NCBI GenBank assembly: GCA_949358305.1
Contig: OX442314.1
Span: 18,228,001 to 18,292,000 of the forward strand
Origin: Strigamia acuminata
Lineage: Eukaryota
Length of the DNA: 64,000 bases
Direction: 5' to 3'
Both the position numbers and the translations under genes were made by a program. The notes beneath the pieces are model-generated. The model saw only the letters and a list, made by a program, of their open reading frames with translations. It had not been told where the DNA came from and ran no database searches. Below are positions 1 to 11,677 of this stretch, one piece after another. How positions within the stretch are numbered: position 1 is the first letter of the stretch; every line of letters begins with the position of its first letter.

Positions 1-1058
1 TTTTCAGACTATGTTTAACTTAAACATAAAATATAAATGCCCTCTAAAAATCCAAATGCGGTATGTCATGTCAGTTGTCCGCCATTTGCCTGCAAAATAA
101 TGTCATTTTGTGCCATTTTGGCCGGATGGTGCTATGATCACAAGACAGAATCGCTTTACAGTCTAACAATTAAATTGTGCTAGGTGTGAAGTCCTATAGT
201 TAATCGTCCTAGATTAGACCAGGGCTTCTTAAACTTTTCCCACTCGCGACCTTTTTTGCCCAAAGAAACTTTTACGCCTTGGACATTAAAAACGTTCCAG
301 TCCACCTTGAAGATCATCTGCAGAATGAGTGTTTTCGGCTGTATACACCAGGTAGTGCACAAACTCACTCATATGTTGTGATTAATTGACAAATTGACAA
401 ATTGATGTCACACAATCACCTAACCTAAACCCATGATGTGAAGGTCCAAGGTTGTACATTACATGAGTATATAAAATATGTACTTTTCACAAATCAAACA
501 TTTACTGATAAGTAAAACTTTTAAAATTAAACATCTATTTTTCTTTGGTCCCAAACTCCCAAGCCTTCCAGCTCCTCTTCAGTGTTCTGTCGTTGAGACA
601 CAAAGTTCCAAACGATAATACATTTGTAATCATTTTTCAGTTTAGCATTTATGTCAGTTGGCGCCTTGTGTATTGTTATCTTGTTTGTTTTTGTGCGCCG
701 GAAAAATTGTCTGCAAATTCAGCGGAGTTGCAGTAAAAGGGTTTTTTCTACATCTTGCAGTAAGCATTACCATGCCCATTTCTGGTAATCCATCCACTAC
801 TTTTACACCTGTTTCATCTGTTGCAAACTGCAGTATTTTATCTACAGGGATGAGAGGAGTTCAAATTCCAAAGAGAATGGATTTCTAAATACTCATATTA
901 GTCATACGACATATATTTTCTAACACCTGCTATTAGTAGAGCACATGGGATTGCCTCATTATTGGAACATTTACGTTTACGTTTACGTTTTTGTTTACTA
1001 TATTTACTAAGAGACATAAACATCAGTCAGGTCAAGTTGAATATGAAATAGTAAGTAC

Positions 1059-1386
1059 TGTAAGAATAACAGGCTGCACTGTTGCATGTAGTTACGATAT
1101 TTGTGGGTGCTTTTCGTGTAGCTACAAGACAAATTTGTAAACTGTTTGTAAGTAATATCGAAATGTTAAACTTTGAATCCTTACCTAATACAATGATAGT
1201 GATGATTAGGGAGGTAAAAATAACAGCCACGACACTTCCAAGTAGGAATGATTTTGTAAACGTTATATCAAAACCTCCAATTGATATAGTTTTGCTGAGT
1301 TTTATAAATGTTAATTATTGAAAGGTATTGCGAGAGATTAAGTGAAATTTGACCTACCATTTGTTGCTTTGAGTAGCGGTCGACAT
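1059..1386 (-). CDS. 5' exons of a ninth M13/neprilysin-like gene (gene Z), partial; remainder not in window
   Basis: Three GT-AG exons splice to MSTATQSNKC-KTISIGGFDITFTKSFLLGSVVAVIFTSLIITIIVL-ATRKAPTNIVTTCNSAACYSY: short tail, hydrophobic anchor, then the C-x4-C motif that opens the ectodomain in the other array members. No catalytic exons are visible. Confidence 0.7.
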
Positions 1387-1982
1387 GTCATCAAAGACTT
1401 AAGGTATAAATAATCAGGAAATGTTAGCAAATAATGCCACCTACTGATTAGTTATCGCATATTTTGTATTACTTATCTTATCCTCCTTCTGTTAATATTG
1501 CATTACCATAGTACTGTTTGCTTATTCTTTTAGTAACACGATTTTGAACCCATAAATTAATGCGATTATTGCAATTATTTTAATACACAGTTTATAAAAT
1601 ACATAAACAGTAATAAATTAGTGTTAAAAAAATTGTTAGTATCATATATGAAACAATATAAAAAAAATAATATATTCAAAATTTCAAAGGTTTTTCATAA
1701 AATTCCTATGTTTACCCATTACTTTTGAATTCAATCTCAATTATTTTTGTCATACTCTTTCGAAAAATACCGAATTAGTTAAAATTTTTTATAAGCATGA
1801 AACAGTCAAAGAATGGAATCATTTTCATACATTTTTGGAAAACCTTTTGTGGCTTTGGGTAAAAAATGACCTGGGTTGGGTGAGTAAGGGGATTTTTTTT
1901 TAGATTGGTTCTGCTAAGGTTAATATAATTGAGAATTAATGACAGGATTAGAAAATTTATGGAGGAGCGCTTATTACTCTTA

Positions 1983-2386
1983 AGCTAGGTTCACACTTGT
2001 GTTCACACTAGACGCAAGCTGCTTGCGTTCAAAAATTCTTGATGTTGATGCCAATTCCTGCTTCAACTCCAAGTTGAAGTAAGCGACGCAACGCGAGGAA
2101 AGCTCTTGCTGCCAATCAATCACGATCGACTCCAACTTTCGTCGATTTACGTCTGGTTGGCGAGACTTTGCCACATGCAAACAGGCCGCCATTTTCTGAT
2201 TCTGGAACTAGTTCTAGAACTAGATCCAATTCCATGTTTCATTGAAACCATCTGATTGGCCAGATGCAACATCAGATCTGTTCACATGTGCCCTACAGTG
2301 TGAACAGACTCTGCGTTGCATTTGACTAATTTTTCCTTGCGTTGCTTTGCGTCGCCCCTAGTGTGAACACAAGTCTGAACCTAGCT
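1983..2386. mobile_element. PIF/Harbinger (Tourist)-like MITE just 3' of gene A
   Basis: 29-bp TIRs (agctaggttcacacttgtgttcacactag, 1 mismatch), TTA duplicated at 1980-1982 and 2387-2389. The paralogous site near 16447 is empty. Confidence 0.9.
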
Positions 2387-2422
2387 TTAGGGTGTTCGTA
2401 CAACAACAAAAACCCTATTTTT

Positions 2423-5400
2423 TTACCATAATTTGCAAATTTTTGTTTTGTTTAGTGGAGGACAGTTAAACACACTATTAAATTCTTCAGAGTTTGCTAG
2501 GGAGCCAAGCACACTATAAAGAGATACGGATGTAACTTACATATTTATACAACAATTCGTTTATCACAATTTGTATTTCGTCTTACCGAAATTTAGGTGG
2601 ACTATGTGCATCATTCATATTTTCATGTTCCTCAAAGGAGTTAGCATATCTAACACACCAGAACTGTAAACATGATATTTCTGTATTACTTAGTAACTTA
2701 GTAAGCACAAATAGAGAAAGTCTACTTGTGAAAAACTGATGAAAAATATTTGTTCCGCTGTAAAATTACGTAATATATCTGGCATTATTTCGGCACCATT
2801 TTCTTGTTTCCATTTCTGATAAGCCTGTATATTATAAACGTGAAATGAATTAATGAATGATAGCGAAAACAAATTTTAGACTAACCCAATATGCATGTTG
2901 AATAGCACCATTGTCAGCAATGTTCTCATCCACAGTTAATTCACCGCTGAGCTGTTACAATCATATATTAGATACTGTTGAACTTCTATTTTATTTAAAA
3001 TTGAATGCCTTACTTGGTAAGTTGGATAACCTTTAATATTTATACTAATGTTTGAGTACTGGTCAACGAAACATTGACGTTTTTTTTTAAATACTTGATA
3101 CGATTGAGTTGTAAGCAAATTTTGAAGATTGCCAAACTTATTGAATTGGATACCTGTAATAAACCTTTTTAGAAATATGCAATTTTTGATTTTAATATGG
3201 CACCTTCTTTATCAAAACCGTGAATTATTTCGTGTCCTAGCAACGAGCCTATTCCTCCATAGTTTAGAGCACTAAATAGAAGTACGAAAATAAACAAAAT
3301 GATTATTTTTTACTAAAATAATATTTTACATTCATTTTTATATACGGTACCGTAGTCTATCTGTATCAAATATAGGCGGTTGCAAAATTGCAGTAGTAAT
3401 GACTTTAAACGGTAAGATTAAAATTTTAATTAAGAACAATTAAATGCAGAGAAAACTTACAGAAAGAATTGTCAAGACCACGGTAAAGACCATTAGGGTT
3501 TAGGATATTGTAAGGCCAACTGTTAGAATAAAAAATAATAATTTATAAAAATGATTATTTGTACAAAGTGCGAGTGTGGCCTTGTTACTCTTCGAGGATT
3601 TCTTGAGACGATTTCAGTTTTTCGAACCTTTTGTGAACGAAAAACGTTATTGTATGTAAAAAGTTGATGATGTGGCTGTGTCCAATGTCAATCTATCGAC
3701 GAATTAAAGTAATATTTACTACACTTTGCGCAGTTCAGTAGTAGGGTAATGTGTTTGCCTTTTCATAAAATTTCTCAAGTTTAGCTGCATCTTTTGACCA
3801 ATTCGGAAAAAGGTAATTTCGTTTCAAGTTACCTAACTTGGCTTTTACCAGTTTTCTCGATGTTTCATCTAACCATGGAAGTTCATCTAGACGCTCTTGA
3901 AAAACATCGACTAAATGTTGAGCGAGTTCGTCCGCCTAAAAAAAAGTCCAGTACCGAACATTGACACAAACTGTACGTTACATGTATTTGAATTGAAGAA
4001 TTATTCAATGTACTCTGTGAGGTCCGGACTTAGGATGGGTCCAAGAGAGTAATAAACAAATGGTACAATCCACAATAAAACATCTACTTTTTGGAAAATT
4101 ACCACTTTAAATTTTGTTAACTTATGGAAGATAAATTTCCTTCAGTTTTAAGTACGAGTACCAGTAAGTACTATAAAGTGACGTAAACATCCCTCGAGAT
4201 TCATTACGATCAACATTTTCCCGGGCTATTTTTTAATACTGTGGTCAAAGCAAGACCACAGATTAGATATGGGAGAGAATTTAACATGGCTCGGTATTGA
4301 TGGGGTTGGGCTTCTCAAACTTGTCCGAGCCTCAGAGCATCAAGACGTGGTATCCAAATCACACACAGTACACTTTATTTACTTGCATATTCGATTATTT
4401 CTTCAATTTTATAATACTGGTTGGCGTACTCAACGCCGAGGCCTAATCTAAACCAGGACGATACAATTTTTACACAATGCTGCCAATCCTTTCTTGGTTC
4501 TGATTTAATAATGGTTTTATAAGTTGATAGAATATCAAATGACGGCTTAAGCATTTCTTGAAATTTGTTAACAGGAGTTGAGTCGACTTGTGTCATTATC
4601 GACAATACTTCTAAATTGATGAGACTAAATATAATTCTATTTAGTGATGTTGTAGTTTGTTAGTCCGATTAAGAACAGACCTTATGAAATCAAAATTAGG
4701 TTGATCAAGGATAAGAGCTAATTCCGTGAAATATTCTTCATTCTCAATTCCAATTTCATCTGCAGGTGTGAATGTTTTTATGCCTTCAAACACTTGGTTG
4801 AAATACTTGAGCCAATTAATCTATGACGGTTAAACGTTACAAATAAATCAGTATAAATTACTAATGACTCACTTTTTTTGTAAGTTCAGTGAAATCTGTA
4901 ATCGTCATTTTCTTATAAATTCTTTCAGAAAACATTGGGATTAAGGTATTTAAATTCTGAAATTATAAAATGATTTGGGTAAAATTTGTATAAATTGAGG
5001 TGTGAAAAGTTCTACCAATCTAAATACTTGATCTATAAGCGATTGAATTTTTTCCTCACTCCGTCGTACGTAAGAATGATTAAAACTCGTGGTTATTTGC
5101 CTCAGTATATAAACAATTCTGCTCGAGTCGCTTTGAGAAGGCTGAGACATCTAAAATCAGAAAGAAATAATACATACACAACTTTTCTCGTAAGTAGTAA
5201 GAATACAATTATCTCTTACAGTCAAAATTGTTTTAGTTTTATTGATTGTATCACGTGTCACGTCCATTTTGAACAAGAACCCATCAGTAGGCCAACCACG
5301 TTGTCTAATTCGGGCTAAGAGTCCGAAAAAAACATCAAAATTGCTAATGTTGTTGTAGAATGGCCATTTTACTCCTTCAATGAGTGGCAAGCCATGAATT

Positions 5401-7338
5401 TCCTTAGTTATTTCGTCATATACAATGTGGAAAGCCTGAGTATCAGCATCATCTAAATGGCAATCGTTATGCGTATTAGGGAATTAAATTGGTACTGCCA
5501 ATATGTAGGAGAACATGCACACAGTAGCGTTTCTGGGGTATTAGGCGCTGTGATCCTATAAATTTGTGCTTCATTCCCATGTTAAAAGAAATAAGAAATA
5601 CTGCCGTATTTGATGAGTATTGACAACAGACGATAAAAAATAAAAATAAAATTAATTAGTTGGAAAATAATGCAACTAAACTAATTATAATTAATAAATA
5701 AAATTATATTTTTTTACGAATTGCGAAAAATAAAAAAAATAAATAAATATATTTGGCATTTCACCGCCCGCTAATCGGATCGCTATGACATCATAGATTT
5801 GGGAACCCAGAACTGGAACCCAATGCACCCATGGACTAAAAAAATCTTTCCTGTATTACGGCTGATTAAGTTTGTCCGCAATGACGCACAAAGAACCATT
5901 GAGGATTAATGACATCAGCATTTGCCTGATTTGTTTTTTGAATATTGTGGTCAAGGCAAGGCAGTTGACTACATTTTCTAGAATGAAGAGACCGGACCAA
6001 GGCTGATGTCTATAAATCTGGCAGATACATTAAATCTGACCAAACAAAGGCAGTTTGTTTACATTGGTACATGCATGCGTGATAGGCAATTCGAGCTTTC
6101 GTTAGATGCATCCCAGATGATGAGTTGGTGGATTCCGATTCCAGCATTTCTAAAAGTTCAGTGAATTGAATTACATTTTAAATACAACTATTTTAATGTG
6201 TAAATACTTCGCAAACGTTTCTTTATTTTGACATCTTGCTGGTGAAATTTATCTAGAGTCCCTTGAAAATCGTCGATTTCAGCGTGCTGCATCCAATTAC
6301 CACAAGCGTATTGGTAGAAATTGTCACATGGTTTTACAGATGTGTCCAAGGATTCAAGAAGTTGAGCAGCTTGAGTAATGTTTATTTAGATTATGGGCTC
6401 TTTCCTAGCCACAGACATAGGGTTTGTTATTTAAGACATTGAAGCAGAACACCTTCTGTCGTCAACGAACCAAAATTGTTTGAATGCTTTGTTGCCATGT
6501 AAAACCATGACACTTCTCTGCAATGCTTTTGTGACCAATGAGACAAGGAGGAGGCAGTGCAAGTGGCGCAACATTGGCAGTAAGCTAGCTCTGCTTAGAC
6601 CAGCGTAGATTACACCAGGAATGTCTGAACCCGGTTTGTCGTGTTTTTTATGCGTAACGTGTATGGTTTTCGAATTGCAATGGCACTTTACAAGTTTATG
6701 ATTTGATTTAGAATTTGTCAATATCTCGCTATTTAAAGTTGATAAAAACAATTTTGGAACATTCGATTTCTACTATTAATTTTTAAATAAAAATCCCTAT
6801 ACAGGCATACGATGTGCTGCGATGTACGTACCATGCCTCTTGCAGTTTACAGTGTCGCAAGCACGATATGCTGAAACAATTGTACTATTAAAATTCGGTT
6901 TTTGCACTATATTGCTATGGTAGTTACATGGTATATTATGTAATGCTTTAGATCTGTCACAAGTTGGATGATTTCCATCATTTGTTGATTTTGTTTGGAT
7001 GGCTAAATTGATAAAATGATAAATAACGGGTTATCTAACCTTTTTGTAAGCAATTAAGAATAAATAACCTAAACTCATGATTACGATGACTAGAGAAATG
7101 ATAATAGCAACCAAGGCGATGTTAATATAAATATTTTTTTGTTTTTTTACATTAAAGATTTTTTTTGAGCTGTTCAAAAAAATGGAAATTAGTTTTTACA
7201 AATCGTAATTGACTAATTTTACCTTCGGTCAGCATATGATATCATCGACATTTCAGATTCATTGAGTAGTGGCGACTCCATAGAATCATCAGCATGCATT
7301 TCAAATGTTTCTTGTTTTCTATCAGTTAGGGTAGCCAT
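2423..7338 (-). CDS. M13 family (neprilysin-like) metallopeptidase, gene A, multi-exon span
   Basis: Spliced exons give MATLTDRKQ..., TM segment [36 protein letters not shown] (NAFY position), [24 protein letters not shown] and C-terminal CKLW*. Confidence 0.92.
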
Positions 7339-7994
7339 TACACTTTCAATAGATTTCTTAATCAAAACGATTAATAAATTTGGTATTTAGATCAAATGAG
7401 TTACCAAATATAAATAAGAGAGTTGTGATTTCTGCTTGTGACGAGATCGGTAAGGAACTAAAAATTCATAGCTTTTTATGAGTGGCTAATGCGTTATCTG
7501 AATAAAGTTCAGTTTTATAGTGTTCGTTATCTTAATAAATATATCAAATTATGATGAAATTATAGGTGTGATTTAGATGAAATGAATTATTTATTTTTGT
7601 TATTTATTTATTTTTATTTATTTAATAATTTACAACCAACTCTCTTTTTCTTACGTTAGTTTAATCACAGTTCTACGGATTGTGGTTTAATCATTCTACA
7701 GCATTAACAACTCCTTTTCAGACGATTATACATAAGCGGTGAAATGCTGAAGCGATTATTCAGTGAATAATATTCACGTGATTGTCCTACACAGGTCACA
7801 TGATAATCGCTTAAGCAGAATATATCGTCATAATCACTTCAGCGCTTTCATCGTATCATTTTTGAAACTCCTTAATTTAAGTTTATGTATAGAAAATTGC
7901 AAACAGATATTCATTTTTTCATTTGTTGCAGTATTTAGAAAAAATAGGTACTGTAACTGGATAAATTTTTGATGATTTCAGTAGTAACTGGACT

Positions 7995-9488
7995 TTATTT
8001 CTTAAGTTTAGTCCTGCGTGGTCTGACAACATTAGTACCGGTACCTTCAATAAGGTTGCACAGAGCAATCCTTTCGGTCGGGCGGCTGTCAAGGGAAACA
8101 ACTGTGCGGAGAGAACTATCAACTGCGGTGCCAATGTTGGAACGAAATTTTGGAGAAATGCGACGAGAAGAAGTATCGGTGATTGTCCTGGCGTGGATAA
8201 CTGTGTTTGTGGACTGGCCGTCAGGACTACTCGTCACGTGAGGATGACAAGAAACAGCCTGAGCATACGAGCGACAATTAACGGTAGTGCCTTGAGGCGG
8301 CAGCGATTGTGAAGGGGCGATTGATAGCTTCATAGAAACAATGTCAGTTGCATTGCTGGAAACCAAGGAACGGATGTCGGACAATGACTGAGAGACACTA
8401 AAATGTCACGGATTGGGTCAAGCGCAGGAGCCAGAGGTAGGGCTGGCAAATTGGCGACGAAATCGGAACTGGCAATGGACGATGCAGCGTAGCCGATGAA
8501 CGGTGAAACAGGAATTACCGAATTCGAATCAGTCAAAACGCCAACTGGGTCGTTGTCTGGGTCGTCATTACCAGTCAAGGTGGCAGGATCATCAACAGGG
8601 TTAGAAATTCTCGTTTTTTGACAAGGGCAAGGCGGCGGCGCCACGTAGTCGAAGATAAGCTTATTAATCTAATCCGATCCGCTCGGATCGGATGCGGATT
8701 TTTTAGACTGATCCGCTCGGATCGGATGCGGATTTTTTAGACTGATCCGCCTGCGGATCCGGTTGCGGATTGGACGGGTGACCAATCCGAGCTTTCAATC
8801 CGCGGATCAGATTGGGCGAATTCACGGATTGATCCGAACAATCAGCAAATTTTTTTTAATTGTTATTATTGAAATAACAATTAAAAGAACCATTAAAAAT
8901 GACTTAAAATCGAGAAAATAAAACAAAAAAAGCCCAACCTGCGCACGTAGCGACAAATGACCAAAAAAGGCTTAAAACCGAATCGGGTGTTTATTCGCCC
9001 GGTCGGTTATAGGCCTTTTTTGATCGTTTGTTCGTCGCTGTTCGCTGCGTGCGTCAGTTCGGCTTTTTTTGTTTATTTTCTCGATTATTAGTTGATTTGA
9101 AAGGGAAATTTAATCATTTTTAGGCCAAAAAAAAAAAAAAAATGCATCCGCATTTGATCCGCAATCCATGGATTGATTGCGGATTGGATCGGATCAGATT
9201 GGATAGGCCAATCAGGGAATGCGGATCGGATCGGATCCGCATGGCCAGAATCCGATCCAATCCGATCCGTTAACAAGCTTAGTCGAGCGCGACGATCGGC
9301 GCATTGTCAAGGCCATAATGAATTTTACGTACATTTGCCTCGAATTTGTTGATTTCTGTCTGTTAGTTTTAGCTTTATTTTTAATGGTGTTGGAATTATT
9401 AAACACGACACCCAATACATCAATAAAGTCAAAAGGATTTTCGCAGTCCTCGAGCGATAGCAACATGCGACTGGTCATGGCGGCCATT
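7995..9488 (-). pseudogene. Decayed GC-rich ORF of unknown origin, split by a MITE and frameshifts
   Basis: ORF pieces at 9212-9499, 8330-8644 and 7995-8384. Removing the 8656-9281 element restores ...KIHYGLDNAPIVALD|YVAPPPCPCQK... No recognisable domain. Confidence 0.4.
8656..9281. mobile_element. Non-autonomous TIR element (hAT-like MITE) with ATCCG/GATCC subterminal repeats
   Basis: Ends taagcttattaa...ttaacaagctta, many (c)gatccg/cggatc motifs in both arms, flanks gtcgaaga and gtcgagcg (degenerate 8-bp TSD, 5/8 match). Confidence 0.75.
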
Positions 9489-9502
9489 TTATTGGACAAA
9501 CG

Positions 9503-11027
9503 AAACTTTTGTAGCCAGCAATGGGCGGCTTTCCAATTTCATAAAACGCCATGGTTTATCTGTACGAAGGAAGACTACTGTTGCCCAGAAAGACCCGGAG
9601 AAGTTGCACCAACAGATTGTTAGTTTCTTTATGTCATGTACATTTCGAATTTGTGTCGCGAAAAAAAGCCAAGAGTTTGCAACATCATAGCCATGGATGA
9701 AACATCGTTGTGGTTCGACATGATAAGCAATACAACTGTTGACTTAATTGGTAAAATAACAATATCAATGAAAACAACAGGAAATGAGAGGGCACATACA
9801 ACAATTATGTTAGCTGCGGAAGGTGATGGTAATAAATTTAAGCCTCATATTGTATTTAAAAAAGGTATTAGGGCTGTGAAAAAATTGGAATCAGTCAAAG
9901 GGGCGGTGATCGTTTCGAGTAAAAATGGGTGGATGAATGAAAATTTAACCAAGGATTGGCTGGATCGAGTTAACACCAAGTTTTCTTTTGGTTGTCGTGT
10001 TTTAGTTTGGACAGCTACAGGTGTCATACGAGCAAGAGTACCAAAGAACACCTGACGAATTTCAACACCTTACAAGTCGTTATACCCGGCGGCTGCACGA
10101 AATTTCTGCAGGCACCAGATGTCGCGTGGAATAAGCCATTCAAGCAGCATTTAGCACTGGTTGGCCGGAGACAAAGAGTGGACAACGGGAGGAAATTTGA
10201 TGGCTCCTTCAGAAGCTCTGCTGACCGATTGGGTAGAGACTACATGGGGAAGTATTCCTTCAGATTTGATAAAACAATCATTTAAATCGTGTGGGCAAAC
10301 CACAGCAATTGATGGAAGTGAGGATCACTTGATTCACTGCTTCAAATGATTCAAATCTGACCAACCATGTGCTCCTGCAATGCAGATGCTGCAGGATGCA
10401 AGAAAAAGGTCTAGCGGTATTTTCGATACGCACGTTTAGGATAAGGATGATGAGGAAGAGAACGAGGAGAATGAAATATTTATAGATAGTGAAAATGAAG
10501 ATGGTAATCTTTAATGAAGGTGTAAACTGTATTGAAAATGAAGTCTCTTTTCCAGTAGATTATGATGAGAATGATGATGGGGATTCGGATATGCCTAGGG
10601 TTGTCGAATATGATGTTGGTGATTATGTTATTCATTTATTTGAGGGTGAACATTTTCCAGGTAGAATTGTAGAAAAACAAGCATCTAGTGAACGGGAAAT
10701 GTTTAAAATTTCCTCAACGCAACAGATGAGTAAATACTGGAAGTGGTCAAAACGTCCAGACGAAAGAACGTATTCGGAGCACGAAATTAGCAAAAATATT
10801 GATGCTGCTACAATTGTTGGCACTTCCAATGCAGGTACCTTTTCAGTTTGTGATGGTTTGTTAGATAAATGGAACCAGTAGGATGTGAAGAAAATAATAA
10901 ATAAAAATAAAAATTCTTTTAAAAAAATTTATTATTATGTTTATTATTACTTTTTTTGTTAGACAACTGGTTTGAATAAGCGCCGGGGGTTATTAAACGC
11001 CCCAGCGTTTATTCAAGGCAAAACTAT
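9503..11027 (+). mobile_element. 5'-truncated, frameshifted pogo/Tigger-family (Tc1-mariner superfamily) DDE transposon
   Basis: End of a CENP-B-type HTH (ASNGRLSNFIKRHGLSVRRKTT), then MDETSLWFD, NGWMNE, W-DSYRCH, IPGGCTKFLQAPDVAWNKPFK and SFKSCG spread over three frames, a C-terminal domain at 10489-10881, and a probable 3' TIR remnant (gcgtttattcaagg) near 11005-11027. Confidence 0.88.
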
Positions 11028-11144
11028 GACCACGTAACTTAACCTTCCCCACCCCAACCTAGGGTCAATTTTAACCTCCAAAAGAGGTTTTATTTATTTT
11101 CTCAAAATAATGGGATTTTTTGTCTGAAAATTCATGTATTTTTA

Positions 11145-11352
11145 TGTTGGGAAGTTTAATGTGGAAAATCACCACTTGATGTCATTAATAGTGTAGCTTG
11201 TGTAGTTTTTTGCTTGTGTATCCTGTGGTGACACTCATACCATATATGGAGTGCTCACTTCCTGTGTTCCCCACTCATCTGCTCAATGTGTAACTGTGAG
11301 GACACACATTTCATTGTATTAAACTCAACCGTATTTATCTTGAATCATAACA
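11145..11352 (+). repeat. Copia 5' LTR
   Basis: tgttgggaag...tcataaca, identical by eye to 15896-16103. Confidence 0.97.
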
Positions 11353-11354
11353 AA

Positions 11355-11365
11355 TGGTAGCAGAG
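11355..11365 (+). promoter_or_regulatory. Primer binding site (tRNA-iMet)
   Basis: TGGTAGCAGAG lies 2 nt after the 5' LTR and is complementary to the 3' end (CUCUGCUACCA) of animal initiator Met tRNA. Confidence 0.88.
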
Positions 11366-11677
11366 AGGAAGATTGAACACACATCAGCCACATTGAATTG
11401 AAGAAAAACGGTATTGAGACCGAAATTTGAGCAGATTTGAGGCGACGGTTGAGAGCAACCACGAGGCGAAAACCGCGAGTAACGACGCGCCATTTTGAAG
11501 AGCACGATACGAGACGACGAGAAACAACTTTAACAAAGACTGTGAGCAACAATTCGATTCGAGGTGAATTAAACAATATTGAGATTGTGCCACAGAACCG
11601 AGACGGAGAAAAAAGTTGAACAATACGTGCAAATTGAGACGAAACCAACAAAGATGAGCGATACCGGTAATTAAAGC

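Noticed and set aside
220..900. hAT-like terminus (cagggcttcttaaac) and a possible decayed ORF
   Set aside because: No matching second TIR, TSD or interpretable protein found; left unannotated.
4950..5030. Apparent frameshift/stop in gene A (ORF ending FYNFRI*)
   Set aside because: A short GT-AG intron (gtagaa...ttcag) restores the frame, at a position matching introns in the paralogues.
8670..8760. CRISPR-like repeats
   Set aside because: Direct tandem subterminal repeats of a MITE with no unique spacers, in eukaryotic DNA with no cas genes.
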